Notes under the pieces: model-generated
Told to the model about the DNA's origin: nothing
Databases searched by the model: none
Seen by the model: the letters and a program-made list of their open reading frames with translations, nothing else
Part shown: piece after piece, positions 18,803-28,957 of the stretch
How the letters are laid out: the number at the start of each line of letters is the position of its first letter
How positions within the stretch are numbered: the first letter of the stretch is position 1
Assembly: GCA_016906335.1 (NCBI GenBank)
Contig: JADEYG010000007.1
Coordinates: 2,232,001-2,296,000 of the forward strand
From: Novakomyces olei
Taxonomy: Eukaryota
Direction of reading: 5' to 3'
DNA: 64,000 nt
Position numbers and translations under genes: made by a program

Positions 18803-20174
18803 CATACAAGGTAGCACTTTATGCCGATAGCGGATAACTCGTTCGAATCTAAAATAATGGCTTTATGTAAAAGATTTTCCGTCTAGTAGCTGTATCTTGC
18901 ACTGCCAGTATATCCGCACAAACCAGCCAGGCCAACGGTTTGTTTGTTTACGGCAAAAACGGAAGCCGGATCTTTTAAGCGAGTAGGCGGCGTAGTCATC
19001 ATTTACGGTCGATCGATCGGGGTAGCGACGTATTGAACTGCGGGGAGGATTAGAGAATCGCGTTTGTTTACTTCCAAAAAAGGACACGCGTGGACTGTTG
19101 AATACATAATCCGATTTAGGCGCACCTGATCATCGATGCGTTGCTATTATAACAAGTTTAAGAGTTGGTATGAGCCAATAGAAATATCACTCGTTTAGTT
19201 GTCAGGAATGTAGGACGATCGTGTCAAGACTCGATAAGGGAAACGCACTACGCGTGTGCGGATCAGAAAAAGATATGACGCGTTCCGCGCACGCGTGCGC
19301 GTTTCTTTTGCCGGCTTATTACTTGGATCACCAGATATTGTTGCCCGCAATAGAATTAGCGCCCTATTTTCAATGGAATGCTGCCCCTGTAAAGATTACT
19401 TTATATAGTCTACGAATGTTTCATTGCGTATAACATGGCAAACTCCTTGGGCATTTATTATTTATTAATAGTGTACAAAGCAAATAATAAAATTGAGCAA
19501 TAAGCAGACACACATACGTACATACATTACATACATCAGCCGCAACAGCCGTTGCGAGCTTAATTTAGAAACATAGATATTTCGTACGTCATTAGATGAA
19601 TAATGACTCTCAATGACGCGCGATCTCGCTGACTCCTATATCTTTAATGGCAAAGCTATGCTTTTGCAATAATAATACTAGTTCATGGTTGTGCGTACAG
19701 TGATCGCTTATTATTTTACAGGTATAGTCTCATTCCGGAACGCGACTCGGCCGCTTTGCCTTTAAACGAAAGCTATCAATAGTCTATTATTTCTGGTGGA
19801 CTCGTGAGACTAGACAAAATACTATATATTTGATTTTTACGAATGCGACCCATAAAAGTCGCTGGATTTTCTAGTTTTACAAATAATGACGACGGTTATT
19901 GCGAGTTTTATCATCAACCTTTAAAACAATCATGCATGCTTCTTAAACCATAAATAAGTTATGTATGGTATGTTCAAGGTAAAACAAAATACATATATAT
20001 TATTCATATAAAACGATTCAAACTGCCTATCAAACGCTTGCCCCTAAAAATATTACGAAAGACAGAAAAAAAGGTCAAAAACAAAAAGCCAAAAGAAGCC
20101 AAAATAAAATACAACGAAAAAGACCGACCACGTGAAACATATGTCATATGATGTATACTAGGAATGGTATCAAC

Positions 20175-21211
20175 TCAGTCCTCGAGCTCGAGATCATCAG
20201 ACCAATCACCAAACGTATCGCCAATATCGTCGTCATCGTCGTCATTGGTATGCTGGCTATCGGCGGCGGCGGTAACGGGACTGCGGAACCGTAGAGCAGA
20301 GAGGGAAAAGTATAGCACTCGGCGAAGAGCACGGTTGAAGAAGAAATATGATACACTCCAGATTGTGTCTTCTGTCCAGGCGGGATCAGCCTCAATGCCT
20401 TCATCAGGCTGCAGGGAATAAACTGCACATTCATTAAATTTTATATGCTTATCAAGCACATCCCACATGCCCTGAGCCGCGATACGATGGCTCCCCCCAC
20501 CAACACTGTTTATAGCATTCGTCAGCGAGTTTAGTACAAGTGCAACACTCCGTTCTTTCCGAAAATCTCGCGGCCGTAAACCGCCACAAAAATCATAGTC
20601 TGGATATGAAGCGTTTAATGTAGCTATTAAAAAAGCAAAAGTGCGTCGAGACGAAGCCAGATCAAGCGGTCCAAAAGGCGAATACCCTAGTGGCGTCACA
20701 GACATTTGCTCTGGAGATCGCGATGCTGTTAACGCCGCATCTTCCTGATATTGTTTTTCAAGCTGTTGGTCGATGGACTTGTAAAGCTTTTTATCGTTTC
20801 CAGCCGCCTGACTGTCAGAATAGGTTTAAAATGAGCTAATCGCTCAAAATTTTTATTCTTGTCATATTAATTCTTGTCGTTTTATTTGCGTTTAAATCTT
20901 TCAATTTCACACCATCTCCAATCATTATTTCAACTCCTTTGACATTACACCTTATTTTCATTTTTAGTATTTTCGTAGTTTTTTTTTCTGTATGCCAGTG
21001 TACTTTATTTCTCTTGCACTTTGCCAAACTACTCCCATCAATCACCAATCTTACCTTCGTTGTATAAATCTCACACCGCCCTCGAACACGGCAGTCGGCG
21101 CCATTGAACTCTAGCAGTTCTCCAATTGTCTCACAGTCACCCAGTTCAAGAAACTTTAAAATTAGTCAATTCGGCAACGACAGTTCTCGTTTCGTTATAT
21201 CGTACCTTCAT
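20175..21211 (-). CDS. MAF1: RNA polymerase III repressor Maf1 (3 exons)
   Basis: MK|FLE...GRCEIYTTK|AAGNDKKLYK, SPFGPL...SSRRTFAFLIATLNASYPDYDF, WSVSYFFFNR, acidic tail. Confidence 0.95.
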
Positions 21212-21840
21212 GACCACAGCTCAGTCCGTCATTAATCTCCGCAAAACAATAAAAACTCAAGTACAAATGTCGCTTTCTACAACGACGCCACAATGGCCGC
21301 GCGTGAATTCAAAGCAACCAGCGGCACAGTAGACCGAGTGCACGACTTTTGACTCTGCAATTAAAGACGCTTTCTCCGCTTTCGTGCTCAGGAGAGAGCG
21401 CGCCCTCTTCGGCAATCACGGCTATCGCTAAAAGCTGGCGCGCTTGTTGCTATTCGCACAACGACCGCGTTTGTTGAGCTAAATTAAGCAGCGCGTTTAT
21501 TGCCACCCGCTTGACGATTTGCTGCGCTCTCTGGAGCAAGAGTCTTATCGGCCAGAAGGTTGTCTGATCCCTGTCGCATCTAGCGCACTATTGTAATCTA
21601 TCGCTATTTACATTATTAATTTAATTACGCGCGGGAGTCGCCAGTGTACAAATGCGTAAAATAAGGTTACCGCAATCGCACTGATTGCTTATATTCAGTA
21701 TCTAAGGCCAGTTTGTTTTGCGATTCTTACATGTGCAATGGACGGGCGTTTTAATACGTGTGTCGGGAACCTTGGGTATAGTATAAAGTAACCCTGTCGT
21801 ATCTGCTGCTATAATACAAAACACAGCATCGCCATACAAA

Positions 21841-21881
<41 letters not shown>

Positions 21882-21994
21882 ATTATATTTTATGAATTTA
21901 ACTCGTTCACCAATTGTTAATAATATAATAATGTATAAATTAATACAATTGCTTTCTATATTTTCTCCCATCCGGTGCGCTTCGAGTGAGAGCC

Positions 21995-22363
21995 ATGACT
22001 CCAGAGTACTCGCATCGGCCCGGGGGAAAGCTACGGCTCAAGGGAACGAGCGACGGCCGTATAAAAAAGCACAAAAAAAGGGAAAAAAGTGGAAAAGAGC
22101 ATAGAGAAAACGGGAAAAGCACAGAGGCCGGTAAGAGCGCTGTTAGTGCCGGCAGCACAGACGAGCCTGATGCAAAGATCGAGACAAAACCAGATATGCG
22201 TACAGACGCTCAACGCAGATTTGATGAAATACGGAGGCTTCGGTTTGAGAGCCGTGTGAAGGGAGTCGTCAGTAAAAGCCACCGGGAACTGGTGAAGGAG
22301 TTCAATGATCGACTAGAGAACGAGTCTGAGCATCACGATATGCCCAAGATTGGACCGGGCTAA
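21995..22363 (+). CDS. DUF1754/FAM32A-family protein
   Basis: GGKLRLKG...IKKHKK, KSHRELVKEFNDRL..SEHHDMPKIGPG C-terminus. Confidence 0.85.
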   Translation: MTPEYSHRPGGKLRLKGTSDGRIKKHKKREKSGKEHRENGKSTEAGKSAVSAGSTDEPDAKIETKPDMRTDAQRRFDEIRRLRFESRVKGVVSKSHRELVKEFNDRLENESEHHDMPKIGPG

Positions 22364-22699
22364 ACTGCCTTTCTCCTCTCTACCGAAATCGTCCTCTACG
22401 CTGTGCTCGTGTGCTTTACATTTTGGTTTGTAAATGCAGCTCAGTTTGAGGCAGCACATAAACTTGCGTATACGAACGGCTCTACTTACCACAAAGACAC
22501 AAGGAATGATTGTGCACGGCTGACAGGACGAGCAGGAGCTGTTTCTTTTGCTCACAAGTGTATAATTGTTTTATGTCTTACATTACTATCTATACTGTGC
22601 GAGCAATGAACTAATACTTGACCAGCGCAGTTGACTAGTCAATAAATTCAAAATCAAACCAACAAGCTGAACAAATCATTTAAACGTACGTTTCATCAT

Positions 22700-24360
22700 T
22701 CAGAAAACAACAGCATCATTCCGATCGGAAATGTCTCCTACGTGAATCCGAATGCATGTCTCCAAGTCTGACGTTGTTTCGCCCTCACTATTTGAATCAT
22801 CATCGTCCGATGAAGTGCTGAGGCTACTTGCTTCCAAATCGTCGTCATCTCGATCGCCAGGAAACTCGTCTTCATCACTGGTTTCGGAAGTATAATTGTC
22901 TTTGTCTTTGCATTGAGAGTCGCCTGTATCGTCAAGCGATTGTGTTTCAGAATCACCCTCACTGCTTGTAATTTCGGAATCGCTTTCTTCTTGATTGTCT
23001 TTGCCTTCGTCATCTTGTCCCTCGCTCTCGCCGTCGTCGTCATCGCCGTCGTCATCACCATCGCCATCATCGCCATCGCCTTCGTCATCATCGTCATCAT
23101 CGCCGTCATCGTCACCATCGTCCTCGCCGTCACCATCACCATCACCAACACCATCATCTTCGTCATCAGCATCTTCGTCTTCGTTTCCAGATATTTTGTC
23201 GTTATCACTATCATCTTGGCTGCCTTCATCATTGGGACTGTCTCCGTCACTGCCGCTCTCATTTTGATCGTCGCTCTCAACACTATCTTCATCACTATCT
23301 TCATCGTCATTTCCATCATCATCGTCATTTTCGCTTGTGTTCTCATTTCCACTGCTTGGATTTTCTTGAGCAAAGCTGAGGCCGCTTAGCGCGGCACTTA
23401 ATGCCAGATTGCCAATACCGTATAGGTCAGAAAGACTTGGCTCGTCGTCATGGCTTTGTATAACTGCCTCTCTGGATTTGCCAGTATTGCAGCTTGCCTC
23501 ATGTTTAGAGCTATTTGCGACCAGATTGTCAAGATTAGAGTCAGATGCCTGTGCTCGCATATTCAGACTGTAATTACAATCCTCGCCGGATCCTTGATTT
23601 TCCTTGTTGCGATCATAACGGGGCTTTCCGTCTTTGTCGGCATCGCTGTCATGGAACTCTAATACAAATGTCTTTGCATTTTGAAAATCTACTTCAGCAT
23701 CAGTCGGGCAGTATTCACTATCGGTCTCATCCCTATCCAAAATGTCGCTGCTTTTGCCTTTATTAATTAGTAAAGATGCGGTATAAACAACAAATTAGCT
23801 TCCATTATATATAATGAGCGTTTGTTATGATGTTAATTTTTTCCCGAGATTCAGATACCGTTTAAACTGGTTTGGCGTTCCTTTTGCTCATCAAAGGTAC
23901 CAATTTGCAGTAACCATTCCGATCCATCAACAGGCGAAACAGGTGTTAAATCAGGCGATTTGACTAGGGGCACAACGTCTTGTATGGGATGCGCTAGCTG
24001 CGAATCCTCCACAGACTTTACTTTTGTATGACGAGGCCTTTTAGTGTCCTTTTGCCTCGAGTTATATATCAGCCATTCAGGGCTGCCGTGTTCAACTGCG
24101 AGTTGCTCATGAAAAACAGGAAACGATGCTTTCTCTGAGTTCTCGAGCTCAGACTCGTGGGTGACATATGCAATTAAAGCTGCCCGGTTTTTCTTGCAAG
24201 TACTTTTAGTATCGATCTTTGACTTGCAGCCTCTCCGCTTTATTTTCAGTCTATGAGGGCTTTGCGCAATAGGCTTTCCAGCCCAGTTCATGAGCACAAT
24301 CAGGCCAACATATATCCCGGTCCATGCCATGCAAGTACTGAAAGCCTTGGCCAGAGCCAT
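22700..24360 (-). CDS. Hypothetical ~519-aa protein: N-terminal hydrophobic anchor, basic segment, long Asp/Glu/Ser/Gly-rich tail (intron 23858-23758)
   Basis: GTATCT...CTAAT...AAG intron joins ORFs 24360-23851 and 23740-22700 in frame. Confidence 0.6.
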
Positions 24361-24835
24361 GGTGCAGCGTAAAATGGCAATTTAAAGAATCTGGGTTTGA
24401 CTAAATAAGTGTGCCCAATAATGCGGTGTTTTTGCAGTAAATACTCTATAGTTTGCGGCCTTTTTCACAGGTCCATCTAATCTACGTAATTAACATGTCT
24501 TAGATTGAAGAGCCGCAAGTGCGGGTTTATAGAGATAATATTGAATGCCCGTGATCGTTCAGTTGACCCGTCGTTGGCTACACTAAAGCAATCAAGATCG
24601 AACCGAATAATAATAAATACAAGAATTTAAAGAATAAAAAGAATAAAAAGAATAAAAAGAATAAAAAGAATTATTAGAATAAAAAGAATTATTAGAATGA
24701 AAAGAATTTAGAGAATTTAGAGAATGAAAGAATTTAGAGAATAAATACATAAATAGCCAGAGTAACCCTTACAAAAACTTAAGTAATACTAGAGACAAAT
24801 TCTCTGTATATTAAAGGTCAATTTAATTATACGTA

Positions 24836-24899
24836 TACGCGCTTGTTTACGCGTTGTTTACGCGCCTAATGCAATGCGCGTACTTCCCGGCATTCGCGT
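24836..24899. promoter_or_regulatory. Clustered MCB-like (ACGCG[T]) and forkhead (TTGTTTAC) sites
   Basis: (TTGTTTACGCG)x2 at 24843-24864 plus further CGCG cores, 75-135 nt upstream of the kinase ATG. Confidence 0.55.
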
Positions 24900-24971
24900 C
24901 TTACAACCTGAAAAGGGCTTAAAGGTTCTTTTGCTGGAACCAAACACTAACCAACACTACCACATCTCCTA

Positions 24972-26699
24972 ATGGAGAACAGCTATCAGCACTATCTCGC
25001 CACGGCCGCCAGGCAGCTCGATGGTGATGGCTTCCAAGCTCCGAGGCTTGCCTTTCCTGCCAAGAAAAGGGCCTTTCTCGAAGAGCCGTTCGAAGACTCG
25101 AAACAGCAGCAAAAGCAGTTACAACAACAACAGCAGCAGCATCAGCAGCAGTATATGCGCAACTCGCGCCCTTCGAGTCCTACGACGCCGACAACTCGCG
25201 AATCGCCTTTCCCCTCATCGAGTCCGCCTCTCCTTGTCATGTCATCCAGTCCCCCCACGGCCGATTGTTCTTCGCCTATACAGAGACACTACTTTGACGC
25301 GTCAGACGCGTCAGAGAACGTGTTTGCGTATGGAGGAATGGCCGTGAACGCGCTCGAGCGACGGGAGCAGCGGCCTCCGAAAATGAGACATTTAAATTTG
25401 GAAAAATTGCGAGAATCCAAAAGGGACAAGAGCAATGACAATAGCTTCGGCGTTGAGACGACAACCTGCCTTCCTCCGCCAACTCCCACGTTTGAAAAAT
25501 TATGGCTTTTTGAAGACTCGGAACTGACGAGCGCCAAAGAATTTGCGTCACATTCGCTGCCTCCGCGATTAACAAGGGAGTATTTGCCCACTGCAGAATT
25601 GGGCGAAGGCGGGTTTGGGTTTGTTGTTGCCGCACATTCGCATACGCGGGACTGTGAAGTGGCGATAAAGTTTATATATCGCCACAAAGTGCCTCGGCGC
25701 AGTTGGATGTCTGCTCCTCACGGCGGCACTGTTATCCCCTCGGAAATTTACATTATGAAATTGCTACAGGAGCATGCAGCTGCCGCTTACAATCCGGCCA
25801 CAGGGGCCTATCAGCCTTCCACTATGGCCGCCTACAAAAACATTGTAGGAATGCTGGACTACTTTGAGGATGAACGGTACATTATTCTCGTGATGGAGAT
25901 CCACGGCCGGCCTTGGTCCCGCAAGGGCCCACAACGGTTGCCCGCGCAACAACGAACGCCCCTACGCGACATAACGAACACTACAGGAGTGACAAGCAAT
26001 GTTGTGGGCCACGAGCCGTCGGCAGATTGGCAGAGTGCAAAGGGCACTTTGCACGGTACGAATCGCCGTCCCGCCGCACTGGAGCGCCGACCGTCGCACG
26101 ATCTTTTCGAGTACATTGAATGTGTCAGCCGAGTTCGGCCGGGGCTCCGGGCCGGAGAGCCGGCGACTAAAACGGGAGGGTTTGATGAGCCGACTTGCCG
26201 GTACATTGCGCGGCAATTAGTGGAGACAGTAGCGATGCTTGATTCCCTCGGCATCGTGCACAGAGATATCAAGGATGAAAATGTGCTGATCGACGAGGAT
26301 TTGAATATTAAATTAATTGACTTTGGCAGTGCTGCCGTGCTGCAGCAGACAGGCAAGGGGAACCGGCCACTACAGCTGTTTGATCGGTTTTACGGCACTC
26401 TGCCTTTTGCTTCACCCCAGATTCTAAGGGGCAAAGCTTACCAGGCAGAGCCAGCAGAAGTCTGGTCACTCGGCATTTTGATTTGTGTTATTCTGATTGG
26501 CGATACGCCTTTTGCAAATAACCAGGAAGCAATCGCAGGTAACTGGCGGACTCGCGTTCAGTCGCGTTTGGGTAAACGGAGCGCCGTGCTTTCTCCGGAA
26601 TTAGACGATTTGATAGACGGGATGCTGCAGACAGAAGTAGAGTCGCGGTTCGATATTTACCAGGTGCGAGACCATCCGTGGTGGAGGGCGGCTTTATAA
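24972..26699 (+). CDS. PAS-kinase (PASK/Psk/Ppk6)-like Ser/Thr kinase with no recognisable PAS domain
   Basis: LGEGGFGFV, VAIKFIY, IPSEIYIM, LDYFED, DLFEYIE, HRDIKDENV, LIDFGSAA, FDRFYGT; Gln/Ser/Pro-rich N-terminus. Confidence 0.85.
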   Translation: MENSYQHYLATAARQLDGDGFQAPRLAFPAKKRAFLEEPFEDSKQQQKQLQQQQQQHQQQYMRNSRPSSPTTPTTRESPFPSSSPPLLVMSSSPPTADCSSPIQRHYFDASDASENVFAYGGMAVNALERREQRPPKMRHLNLEKLRESKRDKSNDNSFGVETTTCLPPPTPTFEKLWLFEDSELTSAKEFASHSLPPRLTREYLPTAELGEGGFGFVVAAHSHTRDCEVAIKFIYRHKVPRRSWMSAPHGGTVIPSEIYIMKLLQEHAAAAYNPATGAYQPSTMAAYKNIVGMLDYFEDERYIILVMEIHGRPWSRKGPQRLPAQQRTPLRDITNTTGVTSNVVGHEPSADWQSAKGTLHGTNRRPAALERRPSHDLFEYIECVSRVRPGLRAGEPATKTGGFDEPTCRYIARQLVETVAMLDSLGIVHRDIKDENVLIDEDLNIKLIDFGSAAVLQQTGKGNRPLQLFDRFYGTLPFASPQILRGKAYQAEPAEVWSLGILICVILIGDTPFANNQEAIAGNWRTRVQSRLGKRSAVLSPELDDLIDGMLQTEVESRFDIYQVRDHPWWRAAL

Positions 26700-26936
26700 T
26701 GACAAACCTTTGCCAGTATCATCGGTTTGGCTGCTTTCCTCGTCATCGTTCTCGACGCTTGAATTATTGCTATTTGCTTATTGTTGATTGTTTGCTCTAT
26801 TACCAATGCTTTGTACTTTGTTTTCAATCGCAACAGGATATTAATTTTGGGTAGGTTTGATAATGTAATGATTTTTATACATAAAGACACAAGTACTAGA
26901 CACACGCGCACGCTATTGCAAACAATAAAGCCGCCA

Positions 26937-28520
26937 CTATTTCGCCCTCTCTTGTTTTGCATCGAGAAAGAACTGTTCAATATCCTCTTTTGTAACTATA
27001 CGGCCGTCCTGAGCATAAGGACGCAGGAACCCGCTCAATTTATCACGGAGCATATTGTAAGCACTCAGGCCTTCTATAGCTTGTGACCGGGGCATAGAGT
27101 CCAGCTGCCGAATGCCAGCGTCTAAAAGTGAGCCCGTTTCACTGGACGCATCTTCCGGCGGCTCATACGTTTCTTCCGGTGCAAGAAGAGGTGGTAAGCT
27201 TTGGTATCGTAAATGGCAATTTGCACACTGGCACAGATCTTCACGGAAAGACTCTTTCAAGAAAAGGGGTCTCACCAGATCCGTCAATGGCAATTTAGTC
27301 AGCAAACAGGGATCTGTTCCCTCAGGTTTTGCAGCATTTTCTCCAGAATTTGACGTGCCTTCCGCTTGAGCCTTGGTTTGGTTCTGCTCTGGCACTGAAT
27401 CTTGCTGTGCTATGTCTGTCGAAGTTTGAGAAGCATTTTCATCATATTCAACTCGCTTTGCGCCTCTTTGTTTGCCACTTTCTTCTTCTTGCGGATCTCT
27501 GTCTATGCTCAGAGATCGTTTTATTCCACGCAAAGAAGGGTCCGAAGCCTCTGTTTCAGGGGTTATTTCTGGCTGTGCAACTCGTGTCTGTCCGTCACCC
27601 AATTGCTGTGTCCCTGCCAATTCTGCCTCAAGTTTAGTGGCAGTTTCAGCCTTTTCAGACTCGCTCAATCCTTGCTCTGGTCCGGTTTGAACGGGCGCAA
27701 TCTGTTCTTGCAAAGGGTCTACAAAAGAAGGCAGACCTTGGTACTGCATGAGAAACGGGGCACGTTCGCGGACACACGCGAGGCAAACAAAATGATCATA
27801 ATCGTTTTCGTCTGGGCACCTCAAATCTTTCAGATCCTGTGAGATACAATGATCGTGAAACCAGTCTTCACACAAAAGACACTGGTACATGGTTCCGTCT
27901 TCCTCCTCCGGGACGTACGGCTTGTTGCAGGAACAGAAAAGGCCTTCAAAATTATGATTATACGCATTTTCTTTGCGAGCCGCCGATCGCTGTTTACGCA
28001 GCGAGCAAGGCTCGTGTCCTACTCGCTCAGTTCCGCAGTCACATTGAAAGTCTCGCTTGTTGAATAGTTCAACCAGGTTGTGTCCTTGAAAAGTTAGAGA
28101 TAAATGTGAAAAAGTAAATGACCTGATCATGCTTGTTTGGCCATGTATTGTTATTGGCTATTGTTTATTTGCTATTATTTATTTGCTATTTTTTCCTCTT
28201 AATTATCGGCTCTTTGCTCCCTGTTTGCGTGCAAACGTACCTCCGTGACAAGATATACTACACGAGTAGCAAATGCCTCCGCGCTGGTGTTCACTACCAA
28301 CGGGATCGCACTCCAAACACGCGTAAACGGGTTGGCGCAAAGGCCCGAGCTCATAAGTACACGCGTCAAAGCTGTAGGGCAGAGCTTCCCGAGCTTCTTC
28401 TTCGCTGTACACGTCAGTATCGCTGTGTCTAGACACATGAAATTCCGTAAACTCTGGAGCGACTTACAGTGAGATTTGTTTGTTGATAAAATCTTGCGCC
28501 GTTATAGAATCCGCGCTCAT
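26937..28520 (-). CDS. UBR7: UBR-box/PHD protein UBR7/Mlo2 (3 exons)
   Basis: MSADSITAQDFINKQISL|EEEAREALPYSF..CTY, CYSCSISCHG, LVELFNKRDFQCDCG, NHNFEGLFCSC, MYQCLLCEDWFH, IVTKEDIEQFF. Confidence 0.92.
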
Positions 28521-28664
28521 CGTTGGAGCCAGTTTGTAGTGTTTATCTCATTGGTTTACAAGACGTTCTCCACCGACGCGTTGATAAAGTACCGATACTT
28601 TTAGCAAAGTTGGTCGCAGTACACTTTGCTTAAAAATCACGATCCATTTTATTATTGAACCCGT

Positions 28665-28741
28665 ATATATAAATATATAAATATATAAATATATAAATAT
28701 ATAAATATATAAATATATAAATATATAAATATATAAATATA
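28665..28741. repeat. (AAATATAT)n microsatellite in the UBR7-MCM2 divergent promoter
   Basis: About 9 tandem 8-mers visible. Confidence 0.9.
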
Positions 28742-28849
28742 AAACACATACACTATGCTTTCGCTACTAACTATTTTATACTTGTACAACTACACGAGTA
28801 TTACTTGTTTGCCACGGTAAACCCAAATTAATTTACAGAGGTCGTATAA

Positions 28850-28923
28850 ACGCGTAATTGAACGCGTAAAACTAATTTAATTAATTAGTTGATTAATTAT
28901 AAATTAATTAATTAAACGCGAAA
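28850..28923. promoter_or_regulatory. MCB (ACGCGT x2) and CGCGAAA elements upstream of MCM2
   Basis: ACGCGT at 28850 and 28862, ACGCGAAA at ~28916; fits G1/S MBF control of a replication gene. Confidence 0.75.
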
Positions 28924-28957
28924 CAATCGAGATCAAAACTCTTGTCGCGTGTTGAAT

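Noticed and set aside
18811..18860. tRNA gene around GTTCGAATC
   Set aside because: No T-arm stem, acceptor stem or cloverleaf flanks the motif.
18170..20140. Telomerase RNA gene
   Set aside because: One hairpin loop resembles P6.1, but I found no CUAACCCU-type template, no convincing pseudoknot and no conserved junction adenines; kept only as an unknown ncRNA candidate.
22738..23389. Overlapping Met/Thr-, Ile/Val- and Ser/Pro-rich ORFs
   Set aside because: Alternative-frame shadows of the GAT/GAC-rich acidic CDS.
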